A stretch of 64,000 bases of DNA from Nitrososphaeria archaeon (GTDB taxonomy: Archaea; Thermoproteota; Nitrososphaeria; Geothermarchaeales; JDFR-13), in the NCBI GenBank assembly GCA_027078545.1, contig JALWXN010000004.1:128001-192000 (forward strand), read 5' to 3'. Both the position numbers and the translations under genes were made by a program. The notes below the pieces were generated by a model. The model saw only the letters and a program-made list of their open reading frames with translations. It made no database searches and had not been told where the DNA came from. Below, piece by piece: positions 48,685 through 59,122 of the stretch. Numbering within the stretch: position 1 is the first letter of the stretch; each line of letters opens with the position of its first letter.

Positions 48685-50661
48685 GTGGTTATATTGAGTG
48701 TGACTAAGGATAACAAGAAACTATCAGTCCAGGAGTTGACTCTCCAGATATACCTCCGCCTACAGCAGGAGGGGGTCACGCCGACGAAGATAGAGTATGA
48801 GGGACCCGCACTAGCGATATTCACGAAGAATCCAGAGGTGTTGATAGAGGATCCGGCCAAGATAAGTAGGATTGCGACTGACTATAAGCGGCGCTTAGTC
48901 TTTAGATCCTCCCCCAACTACCGTATGGATGCTAGCCAGGCCAGGGAGAAGATCCTCGAGATACTTGCCAACGAGGGTATAAACCGGGAGCAGGTAAAGA
49001 TCTTCTTCGACTCTCTCAGGGGAGAGGTACATATATTCTTATCAGGCGTGAACGGCCTAGACTTTAGGCGTCTCAGCTACGTAATAGCGAAGGAGACGAA
49101 GTGGATACCCAAGTTTAGAAGCTACTACTCCGACGTCCCAGACGTCCTTAGGGACATATACTCGTCATACAGGAAGAATGGGACCAAGGGTAGGAGGATA
49201 CTCTCGAGGATAGGTGAGAGGATCTTCAGGGAGCCCGTCAGGATGAGTAGGGATATCAGGATAATGGGTCTGGGTGGTGTGCAGGAGGTTGGGAGGTCCG
49301 CCATTGTACTCGAGACGTCGGAGAGCAAAGTGTTGATAGACTTCGGTGTAAAGGTGAATGCAGATGGACTACTGGACTACGTGCCTAGGATCGACGCTAT
49401 AGACTATCTCATAAACGACCTCGACGCCATCATCCTGACCCATGCCCACCTAGACCACTCGGGGATGATACCACTCCTCTATAAATATGGGTATCGGGGC
49501 CCGGTCTACATGACGGAGCCCACACTACCACTATCCGTACTCCTGATCAAGGACTTCATGGAGATCTCGAGGAAGAACGGGTTCCCCTCACTCTACAACA
49601 TGAATGATGTGAAGGAGATGATTAGACACTCGATCCTACTGAGGTATAAACAGGTCACCGATGTATCGCCAGACATCAAGCTCACCTTCTACAATGCGGG
49701 GCATATCCTAGGCTCGGCCATGCCCCATATACACATTAGGGAGGGGGTCTACAACATCCTCTTCACAGGGGACTTCAAGTTTGGTAGGACTAGGCTCCTG
49801 GAGACGGCCCATTCAGACTTCGCCCGTGTAGAGACCCTGGTGATGGAGAGTACATATGGAGCGGATACTGATAAGCTGCCTAGCAGGCCAGAGGTTGAGA
49901 GGCGCTTCGTAGAGTTCGTCAACAAGATATATGCCCAGAAGGGTAAGATCCTCATCCCCACACCAGGCGTTGGGAGATCCCAGGAGATGCTCGCCGTGAT
50001 CCACCACTACATGAAACGGGTAGATCCGGACAGTAAGCTTAGGATACCTAGTGACATGAAGATCTATATAGATGGGATGATCGACGAGGCCAACAAGCTC
50101 CACCACATCTACTCCGAGTATCTACGGAGCGATATCCACGCAGCCCTCCGCTCAGACGACAATCCATTCAACAATGAGAATATAATCCCCATAACCAACT
50201 CATCCAGGAGGGCCGAGGCAATAGAGGATGAGGATCCAGCCATAATACTATCCACCTCAGGCATGATGCAGGGCGGGCCCGTGATCGAGTACTTCATAAA
50301 CCTGGCCGGGTCGGAGAGGAACGCGATAGTCTTCGTGTCCTACCAGGCGCCGAATACCCTGGGACGTAAGATAGTGGATGGCGCCAAGAAGGTGGATATC
50401 CTCTATGAAGGCAGGATAAAGACGGTTGATATCTCTATGCAGGTCGTGAAGTTCGACGGCTTCACAGGGCATAGTGATAGGAACCAGCTGGTAGGCTTCG
50501 TCAGCAGGCTGAAGAGCAAACTGGGTAAGACGTTTAGAAACGTGTATCTAGTCCATGGAGAGCCGAGTAAGATAGACTCACTATCAAGATTCCTAACAAG
50601 GAGGGTTGGCATATACTCCGAGGGGATGAAGCTTCTATCGACGGTCCTGCTGAAGGAGTAG
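48685..50661 (+). CDS. aCPSF1 (FttA) beta-CASP ribonuclease with KH domains
   Basis: EYEGP, GGVQEVGRS, HAHLDH, AGHILG, MESTYG, GFTGH, VHGE; psmB synteny. Confidence 0.93.
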   Translation: MVILSVTKDNKKLSVQELTLQIYLRLQQEGVTPTKIEYEGPALAIFTKNPEVLIEDPAKISRIATDYKRRLVFRSSPNYRMDASQAREKILEILANEGINREQVKIFFDSLRGEVHIFLSGVNGLDFRRLSYVIAKETKWIPKFRSYYSDVPDVLRDIYSSYRKNGTKGRRILSRIGERIFREPVRMSRDIRIMGLGGVQEVGRSAIVLETSESKVLIDFGVKVNADGLLDYVPRIDAIDYLINDLDAIILTHAHLDHSGMIPLLYKYGYRGPVYMTEPTLPLSVLLIKDFMEISRKNGFPSLYNMNDVKEMIRHSILLRYKQVTDVSPDIKLTFYNAGHILGSAMPHIHIREGVYNILFTGDFKFGRTRLLETAHSDFARVETLVMESTYGADTDKLPSRPEVERRFVEFVNKIYAQKGKILIPTPGVGRSQEMLAVIHHYMKRVDPDSKLRIPSDMKIYIDGMIDEANKLHHIYSEYLRSDIHAALRSDDNPFNNENIIPITNSSRRAEAIEDEDPAIILSTSGMMQGGPVIEYFINLAGSERNAIVFVSYQAPNTLGRKIVDGAKKVDILYEGRIKTVDISMQVVKFDGFTGHSDRNQLVGFVSRLKSKLGKTFRNVYLVHGEPSKIDSLSRFLTRRVGIYSEGMKLLSTVLLKE

Positions 50662-50665
50662 CGGC

Positions 50666-51328
50666 ATGGCTATGGAGCGTCTAGTGGATCATCTAGTCGC
50701 CATAGGGGCTCTGAAGACGGAGAAGTATATCGAGGTCTTTAGACGGCTGGATAGGAAGCTATTCATGTGGCCCGGATATGAGGACGAGGCATATCTAGAC
50801 TCGCCCTCACTCCTCGGGGAGACTGGCCAGACCATATCGGCTCCACATATGCATGCATACTACCTCGAGTATAGCGGCGTGTCTGAGGACGACGTAGTCA
50901 TGGAGGTGGGTGTAGGGAGCGGCTACCTATCAGCCCTGATAGGCCTATTGATAAAGATGTATGGGGGACGGGGCCACGTATATGGCCTGGAGTATGACCC
51001 CCGTCTATACAGCTTCGCAAGGACAAACATATCTAGGGTGGGCCTCGAGGACCAGGTAACCGTTATACTGGCCAATGGCTACTGGGGCTGGCCACCTAGG
51101 GAGGAGAGGGAGCTCTACGACGTCATACTGGTATCAGCAGCAGTTGATACCCCGCCTCAATACCTACTGGCCCAGCTCAGGGAGGGTGGGCGGATGGTAA
51201 TACCGGTCGGCCCAGCCCTATACCAGGAGCTCAGGCTATACATGAAGAGGGGTGGAGCCATAGAGTATAAACCCCTCTTCCCCGTATCCTTCGTGAAGAT
51301 GAAGGGCTATGAAGGAGGTAGTCTTTAG
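50666..51328 (+). CDS. pcm: Protein-L-isoaspartate O-methyltransferase
   Basis: QTISAPHM, EVGVGSGY, QLREGGRMVIPVG. Confidence 0.92.
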   Translation: MAMERLVDHLVAIGALKTEKYIEVFRRLDRKLFMWPGYEDEAYLDSPSLLGETGQTISAPHMHAYYLEYSGVSEDDVVMEVGVGSGYLSALIGLLIKMYGGRGHVYGLEYDPRLYSFARTNISRVGLEDQVTVILANGYWGWPPREERELYDVILVSAAVDTPPQYLLAQLREGGRMVIPVGPALYQELRLYMKRGGAIEYKPLFPVSFVKMKGYEGGSL

Positions 51329-51728
51329 GGCAAGGGGGCATCCAAACATATCGGCAACACATAGATCCACATTCGAGATAACCAGGGAAGACTTCCTAAC
51401 CCCCAGGGGAGACTGTATAATAGGAGTCGAGGCAGAGCTGGCCTGCAGAGACCTACCAACCACGTTCAAAGAGGCTCTACGAAGTGGAGAAGCCTCACTA
51501 GTGATAGAGCTGGAGGTGGAGGGTGTAAAGGAGGTAGTCAATGCGAGGGGCTCACCCAGGCTGAGCCTAGCATCACCCACATCAATGGTCATCAGAAGGT
51601 CGGACTACATAGACGACAGGACACTAGCTATCAAGGCGGACAAGGCCGCCAGAGACCTCAGCAGAGAACTGGTAAACAGGCTAAAGAATCGAGACGCAAC
51701 CCTCACCATAAGGCTCAGGATCATTTAA
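51309..51728 (+). CDS. DUF371 family protein
   Basis: GHPNISATHRSTFEIT, TPRGDCIIG, ADKAARD. Confidence 0.9.
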   Translation: MKEVVFRARGHPNISATHRSTFEITREDFLTPRGDCIIGVEAELACRDLPTTFKEALRSGEASLVIELEVEGVKEVVNARGSPRLSLASPTSMVIRRSDYIDDRTLAIKADKAARDLSRELVNRLKNRDATLTIRLRII

Positions 51729-51792
51729 GACCACTCAATAGATAATCATCTTTAAGTGGGGAATACCCATCAAATATAATATCTATAGAAGT

Positions 51793-51890
51793 GGGCCCGT
51801 GGCCTAGCCTGGTCAGAGCCCCTGCCGGGCGGCTAGGGCGCCCGGCTGATAACCGGGAGGTCGCCGGTTCAAATCCGGCCGGGCCCACCA
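51793..51890 (+). tRNA. tRNA-Ile(GAT) with 20-nt intron at 22/23 (51817-51836)
   Basis: Acceptor GGGCCCG/CGGGCCC; BHB GGTC/GGCT with bulges AG|A and AG|G and inner stem GCCC/GGGC. Confidence 0.93.
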
Positions 51891-52090
51891 ATTAATTCCT
51901 TTTTGGTCGCGCTCCTTTTCTTCCCATTCCTTCCCGAGAAGTTAATCAATATTCGGAAAAATGTAAAGAAAAAGAGGACGTGATGGGTTACAAGTATTGC
52001 ATAAGTCATGCCTCCCGGGGGGCGCTGAGTTAAGTAAAAATAGACTGCAATCAGTTTATAACGATTGTGACTTAACTTACATTTTTAAGC

Positions 52091-52684
52091 TTGAAAGGGA
52101 GAATGAGATTTGTAAGTGAAATGAGTCTCGGAAGAGAGACGCAACTTATGACCTATAAAGATAAGGGTAAAACCATTAGGCCTATAAGCGTAACAATGAT
52201 TAATGACAGTTTTATAGTTGCAGTCTATAAGGGTAAGAAAAGCGCAGCAGATATAGTAGTAAGATATAGACAAAGATTAAAAAACGGTGGTTGGTCTAGG
52301 ATTCGAACTCCAAAACATATACACTGGACTGTGGACATTTTATTGAAGATGCTAAAATGTGACAAACTTACTAAAAAATTTCTAGACGAGCTAATAAAAA
52401 TCTGGGAGAAAGATGTTCATCCACTATCAGAAGAAGATGTAAAGAAATTAGACCTTAATCAATTGGTAATCAGTAAGAAAGATATATTGGAAAGGTTTAA
52501 AGAACTAAATAGATATGGAGAATATAGTGTTGATTTCCTCTTATTAATAGCAGAACTTCTCATGTTACAAGAAAAAACAAACTATCCAAGTGGAAAACTA
52601 TTCCTCATATTGCTAAAAAAACTAAAGGAAGGTGAAGATCTGTTCAGTATTGTTCAAACAGCTTCACTTCGAAGACTTCAGTGA
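52091..52684 (+). CDS. Hypothetical protein in defence region
   Basis: AT-rich ORF with motif-like RIRTPKHIHWTVDIL and LMLQEKTNY; start uncertain. Confidence 0.7.
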   Translation: MKGRMRFVSEMSLGRETQLMTYKDKGKTIRPISVTMINDSFIVAVYKGKKSAADIVVRYRQRLKNGGWSRIRTPKHIHWTVDILLKMLKCDKLTKKFLDELIKIWEKDVHPLSEEDVKKLDLNQLVISKKDILERFKELNRYGEYSVDFLLLIAELLMLQEKTNYPSGKLFLILLKKLKEGEDLFSIVQTASLRRLQ

Positions 52685-52834
52685 GGATAATTGTTGCTTC
52701 CTCTACTAGTTAAAAAGGCCAAGCCTGAATAGTTATGTTAAAGGCCCTCGTTACAAAAACTGAGTTTATGGTTTCGACTACATTTACTTAGTCTATGAAT
52801 GGCTCGATAAGGCAGCCTAGTTGTCTATGTTTAA

Positions 52835-54520
52835 TTATTTAATTATATTTGCTAGTATGCCCGCTAACAGACTCGTTCTTTTCTCTATTTCTTCTCCGCT
52901 CCATTTCTTATATTTATCAACTAAGTATTTGGTGTTTAATGCTAAACCCGATTTTTTATAAGTCTCTTCCTTTTCATTATAGTTTTTAGAACCTAACTTG
53001 ATGTTTTCATCCTCCTCTAAGAGAGTTAAATTTCCTATTTTATAAACTAATTCAGGATTATCTAGTTTATCACGACGACTAATTGGATAAATATGCTCTA
53101 GTGTCAGGTCTTTTGAGGGGCGTTTCGTGTTCTCAGAGCTCTCAATTTCAAACAGCAAAGCTTTAGCTAATCTTTCATGTTTTCTTTCCTTAAATAAGAA
53201 TTTAAGTAAACTTTGCTTAAACTCGTTATCCTCTGGAAATAGGTTACGCAGTTCTTGGTAATATTTTTCAGTGTTATTATTCTCAATAAGCTCTATCAAT
53301 CGTCGTATTTTCTTTTCAAATTCACTTGGTGATTTAGAACATATTGTTCGTCTTATAAGTGTATAATATAAAGGTTTTAGTTTCTTCTCTATCTCTTTGT
53401 CGTTTATATTTCCTTTAGGATCTGCATATTTTTCAAGAAGAGCAAACATAATGGGAATGTGTTGTCTTATACCGATGGAGAAAAGAGTAGTTAAATAATC
53501 CACTATTGTCTCTTTCTTCCAATATATTTTCGATGGTGCTGAGATGTTCCTGTAATATATATTAAGAAATCGTTCTAGTTCGTCGAAAAATTGTCTGACA
53601 TCATCAAGATTATTAATCCTCTTTTTTATTTCTTTAAAAATATCCTTTTCTCTTACAAAGTCATATTTGTATATAAGATAATATCTTATAACATATTTCA
53701 GTTCTCTACTTTCATATTCTGAGAGGAAGCTATTCCACTTTTCATCAAAACGTATAACCTGTGTTTGATCCTCAGAATTACTTAGAATACCTAGAAGATA
53801 GTTTTTTATAAGGTCTAGTGGAGCTAAGGTAAGCCCTCTAGCGTTTAAAGTTTCGAAAATTAGAAAAGCGTTATGTTCAGAGTCCACTTCTACTACTACA
53901 GTAATTATATTCTCTTTTATCCCGATGTCAACAATCTTACTTAACCATTCTTCAATTTTCTGATTATTTTTCTTTATTTCTCTATCTATAATTTTATAGG
54001 ACTCTACATAAGTTGTTAACATATTATTCCATGATGTATATTTTTTATCGTTTAGAAGTTTTCGCAGTTCCCTTTCCTTTTTCTGTAAAGAACCTTCTTT
54101 GATTGTTATAATTTTTTCGTAGAATTGTCTATCAATCTTATTAGGAATGACACTTAGTTTCTCATTGCCTACAACATCATGATGACGCATAAGAAACAGT
54201 GAATGGATCCTATTGCTAAATTTTGTATAATTCATATTAATAAGGTAGTCTCTTAGAGCAGCCAAGAAGAGACAGGTAGTTATTAGTCGTTGTTGACCAT
54301 CGATTACAACATATTTATTCCTACCCTTTGATGTTAGAACCATCGGACCAATAAAATATTCCTCTCTAGACCCTTGCTCTATGATATCTAAAATAAATTC
54401 CTTTGCTTCCTCTTTCCAAGAATAGCTTCTCTGATTAATAGGAACTTCAAAATCTCTTGTCTGCAACAACTGTCCTAATGTTTCACTCCTAACATCTGTT
54501 ACAACTTTTTTGTTACTCAT
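52835..54520 (-). CDS. GmrSD-like (DUF262 + DUF1524 HNH) modification-dependent restriction protein
   Basis: VPINQRSYSW, IDGQQRL, FETLNARG, LEHIYP, IGNLTLL...N. Confidence 0.9.
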   Translation of the reverse strand: MSNKKVVTDVRSETLGQLLQTRDFEVPINQRSYSWKEEAKEFILDIIEQGSREEYFIGPMVLTSKGRNKYVVIDGQQRLITTCLFLAALRDYLINMNYTKFSNRIHSLFLMRHHDVVGNEKLSVIPNKIDRQFYEKIITIKEGSLQKKERELRKLLNDKKYTSWNNMLTTYVESYKIIDREIKKNNQKIEEWLSKIVDIGIKENIITVVVEVDSEHNAFLIFETLNARGLTLAPLDLIKNYLLGILSNSEDQTQVIRFDEKWNSFLSEYESRELKYVIRYYLIYKYDFVREKDIFKEIKKRINNLDDVRQFFDELERFLNIYYRNISAPSKIYWKKETIVDYLTTLFSIGIRQHIPIMFALLEKYADPKGNINDKEIEKKLKPLYYTLIRRTICSKSPSEFEKKIRRLIELIENNNTEKYYQELRNLFPEDNEFKQSLLKFLFKERKHERLAKALLFEIESSENTKRPSKDLTLEHIYPISRRDKLDNPELVYKIGNLTLLEEDENIKLGSKNYNEKEETYKKSGLALNTKYLVDKYKKWSGEEIEKRTSLLAGILANIIK

Positions 54521-54991
54521 TAGAATAACCTCCTAACGACTCTGAATATGTTACCTACTAGCTTGTAATATCTGTTAAATATTTGCTTCAATTACATATA
54601 TAAGTCGATTCCTTACACAAACACTGGGAAGAAAGTTCAAAGACTATATTAATTCCTTTATGTAAATAATTATTTCGAACAAGTTCCTCATTTAAGAACA
54701 TGGGTGGGAAACCTATTATAAACCTGAGTTTGCAACACTTTGTCTTATAGGTGTTCAGCTACGAGAAATATAGTATATTATATGCATATGAACATCTCCA
54801 TTGACAATAGTGATAATAATGATGTAAAAGTTTGAATGAATCTTCAAGAACATCCAGGACTTTCAGATAAATTGTGAAGGGGGAAAGGGTAGTCTGATAT
54901 ATATTCTACTTTCAATTAGATACTTCCAACCAAGACTTATCTATAACAAGTTAAAAAAATCAATGAAGAGGCCATAGAAAACCGGACAAAC

Positions 54992-54999
54992 TTTATAAA
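54992..54999 (+). promoter_or_regulatory. TATA box for tRNA-Asp
   Basis: TTTATAAA preceded by A-rich BRE-like sequence, about 29 bp before the tRNA. Confidence 0.6.
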
Positions 55000-55027
55000 A
55001 CCGGAGTCTGAAAATATAGAGTTGACT

Positions 55028-55125
55028 GCCCCGGTGGTGTAGCCCGGCCAGCATACCGGCCTGTCGACAAGTATCCACGGGCGGTCAGCCGGTGGACCCG
55101 GGTTCAAATCCCGGCCGGGGCGCCA
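55028..55125 (+). tRNA. tRNA-Asp(GTC) with 20-nt intron at 37/38 (55067-55086)
   Basis: Acceptor GCCCCGG/CCGGGGC, G73, CCA; BHB helix CTGT/GCGG. Confidence 0.93.
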
Positions 55126-55195
55126 AAAGTCCTAATTATAACGGAAGGATTGAGAATACCTATGAGTCTAGCCCCTAGGATCTCTGATTCATTTT

Positions 55196-56596
55196 TCACT
55201 CTTCTACTCGGGTTATGGAGTTTCTTATTATCTTTATAAGCTCATTATCCGTCACCCGTTCGTCTCTCAGGTTCTTGAAGTCGTATCTGGTGATGATCAG
55301 TTTGTTTATGCCTCTTCCATCTATTATGAATTCGAACTCGAATTGGGGGTGGTCATCAAACACCTCGTTGAAGACCCCCTCTAGATAGGGATATATAAGA
55401 ATAGTATTGGGTATAGGGGCTTTCCCATCATCCTTGCCCTCCAAGACCCTATTTACCTTATGAGCCAGCCTCGAGTAGACATACATCTGCCTGACATCAT
55501 TAACATCTATCGGGATCTTGTCATACCCCTCCTTATCCTGGTCCTTAGATCCCTTCAGCTCTTTGTACTTTACATCCACTACCAGTAGGATCCTACGGTT
55601 CTTGGATACCGTGATGTCCGGATACTGTGCAAAGACTTCACTGTCCCTATTGATGCTCATGTCTCGTAACAGCTTACCGATGGGCCTTTGATGCACCACG
55701 TCATACCCAGTGAGCTCACGCTTCAGCAGTTGATAGATGAATCGTTCGAAGAGATCGTTCATCTTGATGAAGAATCCATAGACCTCCCTGCCCCTCCCCA
55801 CCTCTATCCTGTGGAGGAGTAGTCTCGCCAGATTGTATGGCCTCCTAAACCTCTCATTTAACCTGTTGAAGACCGGTTCCCGATTAGTTGCTAACACCTT
55901 TGTATCCCTGTACATTGTTACTTCGCTCAACATATGTGATATCAGCTTTGCATAGGTCACCGTATCCCTATGTCTAGACATCTGTTCACATAGAGCGGCT
56001 GCCAGACGGAGAACCCTATTTAGTTCGTTATCCATGGACAGTGTATACTGCTCCTGTGTAAAGGTTATGAGCTGGTGTGGAAGCTTCCTAATCTGTCTAG
56101 AGACCAGTAGCTTCCCCCTAAGGAATGGCTCATCATAAACCCTCCTAATGTATCTACGGTATACCCCGTTCTGAAGCTCCCTATAGAGCATGAACGTATA
56201 TAGATACATTAGAACCTCGTGCAACGCCCTCTCAGACACCCCTCTCTTCCTGAGCATAGCATGGGACTCCTTCAACTCCAGCTGTAGCGCTGTGTCGAGC
56301 ATCCTAATGAACGCGATAGCCTCATCCTGTGTATCGAACAACCCTCTATCCCTAGCCCTCTTAAAAACCTTGGGGAATATGGTGAGGTTTATCCCATCTA
56401 CATGTCCAAACCCGACATACTGGTTAGTATAGATGTTGACCTCTCCCCCCAGCCCAAGCTGGATCCTCAATATTCTCTCACGATTGATTACAACCCTCTC
56501 CTCTATCAGGGCTAACTCCCTCTCCGATACTCCTAGCTCCTCCTTCTTAAACGTAGCTCCTGGCTCGTAGATCGCTAAATCCTTAGCTCTCCTCAT
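55196..56596 (-). CDS. mcrC: McrC-family restriction nuclease subunit
   Basis: YVG, IFPK, DNELNR, MNDLFE, PDI...DVKYK, DVRQMYVY. Confidence 0.9.
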   Translation of the reverse strand: MRRAKDLAIYEPGATFKKEELGVSERELALIEERVVINRERILRIQLGLGGEVNIYTNQYVGFGHVDGINLTIFPKVFKRARDRGLFDTQDEAIAFIRMLDTALQLELKESHAMLRKRGVSERALHEVLMYLYTFMLYRELQNGVYRRYIRRVYDEPFLRGKLLVSRQIRKLPHQLITFTQEQYTLSMDNELNRVLRLAAALCEQMSRHRDTVTYAKLISHMLSEVTMYRDTKVLATNREPVFNRLNERFRRPYNLARLLLHRIEVGRGREVYGFFIKMNDLFERFIYQLLKRELTGYDVVHQRPIGKLLRDMSINRDSEVFAQYPDITVSKNRRILLVVDVKYKELKGSKDQDKEGYDKIPIDVNDVRQMYVYSRLAHKVNRVLEGKDDGKAPIPNTILIYPYLEGVFNEVFDDHPQFEFEFIIDGRGINKLIITRYDFKNLRDERVTDNELIKIIRNSITRVEE

Positions 56597-58581
56597 CAGC
56601 CCTCCTCTTCTTTTCTGGCCTGTGACGAGCCGCTACCCTTCAACCTCTCCCGGAATTTTTCAAGACCTTCTATATTGTTGAGCTCTTCCATCCACTCTCT
56701 TGGATCCTTCAGATGGTACTTACCACCCCTTTCACTGAGGAAAACACTTGATAGGCCTCCCAATACAACGGCGAGGTCATCCCACCTATTATAGAAATAC
56801 TCCTGTAAAAGAGGCATTATCCTATACACCCATACCTCTTTAAACGTCTCAAATGCATCATTTTCGTTTTTGGATCCAGCTAAGACCTCGAGGAAATAGC
56901 TATGCCCAATCCTATGATCCCTATCCAAGTAACTCTCAATTCTCTCGTTCAAAACCTCCAGGATCTCCTTCAGATGCTTTGCCAGCTCCTCCTTCTCCTC
57001 GCCAATCTTTCTAGCCACTTCTACCAGGGTATCGGGATCGGGGGGTATCTCGAGGAATGCAAACCGTCTCCTCAATGCATAGTCGACAAGGGCGATACTC
57101 TTATCCGCAGTATTCATGGTACCGATAATATAGAGGTTTGGAGGAACCGCGAATAGCTCCTTTGAATAGGGCAGGGTTACCAACACGTAATTCTCTCCAA
57201 ACAGCCTCTTATCCATCTCCAGGCAAGTAATCAACTCACCAAGTATCCTAGCCAAGTCACCCCTGTTTATCTCATCAATAACCAGATAGAACTTGCGAAC
57301 AGACTCACCTGATTCGTCATATTTTTTCTTATACTCATTAAGATCATCTGGGTTTTTAAGAATCTCACTAACGCCTTTCTTATAGCCTAGATCTTCAAGT
57401 AGGGCTTCTAAGGCCCTACGAGCCAGATCCTTAAACACACCATCCTCAACCTTATACATTATTCTACCCTTTTCATCGGTCACGGCTCTATAGCCCTCAA
57501 CAAACTCCTCATAACTATATGATGGATGGAAAGTGACAACCTCATAGAGATCTTTATTGCCACAAGTCACCCCATCCACGTATTTCAGAGCAAGAAAAGT
57601 CTTACCCGTACCAGGAGGACCATACAAAACAACCTGTCCATACATCTTTAGAAGATTATCAATATCTGAATATCTTTCCTCCTCTCTTAAGTTATCCTTC
57701 TCTTGATCATTATGGTTGCCATTGTGGTTACCCTCTTCCTTCGAGTGTTGGCCATTATTGTGTGTATAGAGATATATGAAACCAGAAAACCAAACAGTTT
57801 TGTATTTCACCCTACAAATCATATTTTTATTCAGTATTTCGTTGAAATTCAAATAATGAATTTCCATAAGATATTTTCTCACATAAATTTCGGGTTCATT
57901 TTCAATTTCTTTCACCTTTGGAAGATGGTTACATGTTTTTGAAAAGGCTATGGCATTACTATCATATGGACAAAATATCTTCGGATTAATCAAAAATAAT
58001 CCTTGAGTTAATTTTGGTACTCTTATCCCAGGTTCTGATCGTATTTCCTTAAATCTTTTAGAAAAGTAGCTTATGTCATTAACAAGATCCTCTATGGTAT
58101 CATAATTACTTATTCTTTCCCCAAATTCCCATAACTTGGGGACGATGTCCTCGATGTTATTGCTATCGGGATCAAAGAAGAATCTTCGCTTTGGGGAGGG
58201 TTGTAATGGCTGCCCGGTTCCAACTGGTAAATCATATTTTTTGCTAGTTCTTTTAATGCGTATCTCTTCTGGACGGATAGGTTTTTTACTTCTTCCTGCA
58301 GTATGGATAGAATAAATTATCGTAAATGGATCAATTAAATATTTTCCTTCTTTACTCTTAAACTTCTCCTTTTCCATTTTAATGCTTACTATTGATGTTA
58401 GTTCATCCACTAGTTCTTCATAAAACAATGCTTCTTCCTCGGGATCGGTCTTGACCTTCCTCCATTCGTCGAACAAATCTTTCCAGAACTCTAAGTATTT
58501 CTCGACCCAGTTATCATTATAACCTTTCATTAATGCCCTAATTTTTTGGTCGTGTTTCTTAATGCATTCCTCTAATGGCAT
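56596..58581 (-). CDS. mcrB: McrB-family AAA+ GTPase
   Basis: GPPGTGKT, FHPSYSYEEFVEG, IDEINRG, MNTADKS, ALRRRF, IGHSYF; TGATG coupling to mcrC. Confidence 0.93.
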   Translation of the reverse strand: MPLEECIKKHDQKIRALMKGYNDNWVEKYLEFWKDLFDEWRKVKTDPEEEALFYEELVDELTSIVSIKMEKEKFKSKEGKYLIDPFTIIYSIHTAGRSKKPIRPEEIRIKRTSKKYDLPVGTGQPLQPSPKRRFFFDPDSNNIEDIVPKLWEFGERISNYDTIEDLVNDISYFSKRFKEIRSEPGIRVPKLTQGLFLINPKIFCPYDSNAIAFSKTCNHLPKVKEIENEPEIYVRKYLMEIHYLNFNEILNKNMICRVKYKTVWFSGFIYLYTHNNGQHSKEEGNHNGNHNDQEKDNLREEERYSDIDNLLKMYGQVVLYGPPGTGKTFLALKYVDGVTCGNKDLYEVVTFHPSYSYEEFVEGYRAVTDEKGRIMYKVEDGVFKDLARRALEALLEDLGYKKGVSEILKNPDDLNEYKKKYDESGESVRKFYLVIDEINRGDLARILGELITCLEMDKRLFGENYVLVTLPYSKELFAVPPNLYIIGTMNTADKSIALVDYALRRRFAFLEIPPDPDTLVEVARKIGEEKEELAKHLKEILEVLNERIESYLDRDHRIGHSYFLEVLAGSKNENDAFETFKEVWVYRIMPLLQEYFYNRWDDLAVVLGGLSSVFLSERGGKYHLKDPREWMEELNNIEGLEKFRERLKGSGSSQARKEEEG

Positions 58582-59086
58582 CTTAAAATAAATTATAACA
58601 CCCTATTTCCTTAAATAGATGTTTTAGGGTCTCTAACAACTAGCTGATTATACAATAGTTTTCAGTTTTCACCGCTATTCTTAAGAAATGTTGCATGGGA
58701 GAAAAAATTCGCTATTAGTTCTTATGTTGAGTTGTTTAGTTGCTTTCTATAGACAGGATGTGGTTCAAGTGAGTATATGAGATCATCTTAATTTATATTT
58801 TATTGAATTAGTATGTTTAACTGATAACATTATATGTTTCATTTACTCAAATAGTTCTCGGAAGCTATTCATGGAGAATATCCATTATATCATCGTTTCT
58901 GTCATATATAGTCACTCGTTATATAGCGTGAGGTTGTCTTTATAACAACAGGTTAGAGATAACGGTCCTCCTGTTTTTGAATGTCTAGGAACTAGCTCTC
59001 AGCTTTGTAACACGTGTACCATACACAGATCTGGAGGGTGCATAGCATTAAGCAATGCATGTGGAGATTTCTAAGTCCGATGTAAG

Positions 59087-59094
59087 TTTTAAAA
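59087..59094 (+). promoter_or_regulatory. TATA box for tRNA-Tyr
   Basis: TTTTAAAA about 29 bp before the tRNA. Confidence 0.55.
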
Positions 59095-59122
59095 GTTTCT
59101 TGTGGGGTAGAATATTGGTGGG

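Larger units (their letters stand above)
51891..59085. other. AT-rich accessory/defence region interleaved with tRNA-Ile, tRNA-Asp and tRNA-Tyr
   Basis: Abrupt shift to AT-rich sequence, long non-coding gaps, restriction genes; no integrase seen. Confidence 0.75.

Noticed and set aside
51891-59120. Intact integrated element or provirus
   Set aside because: No integrase, transposase or viral gene, and no duplicated tRNA 3' end found by eye
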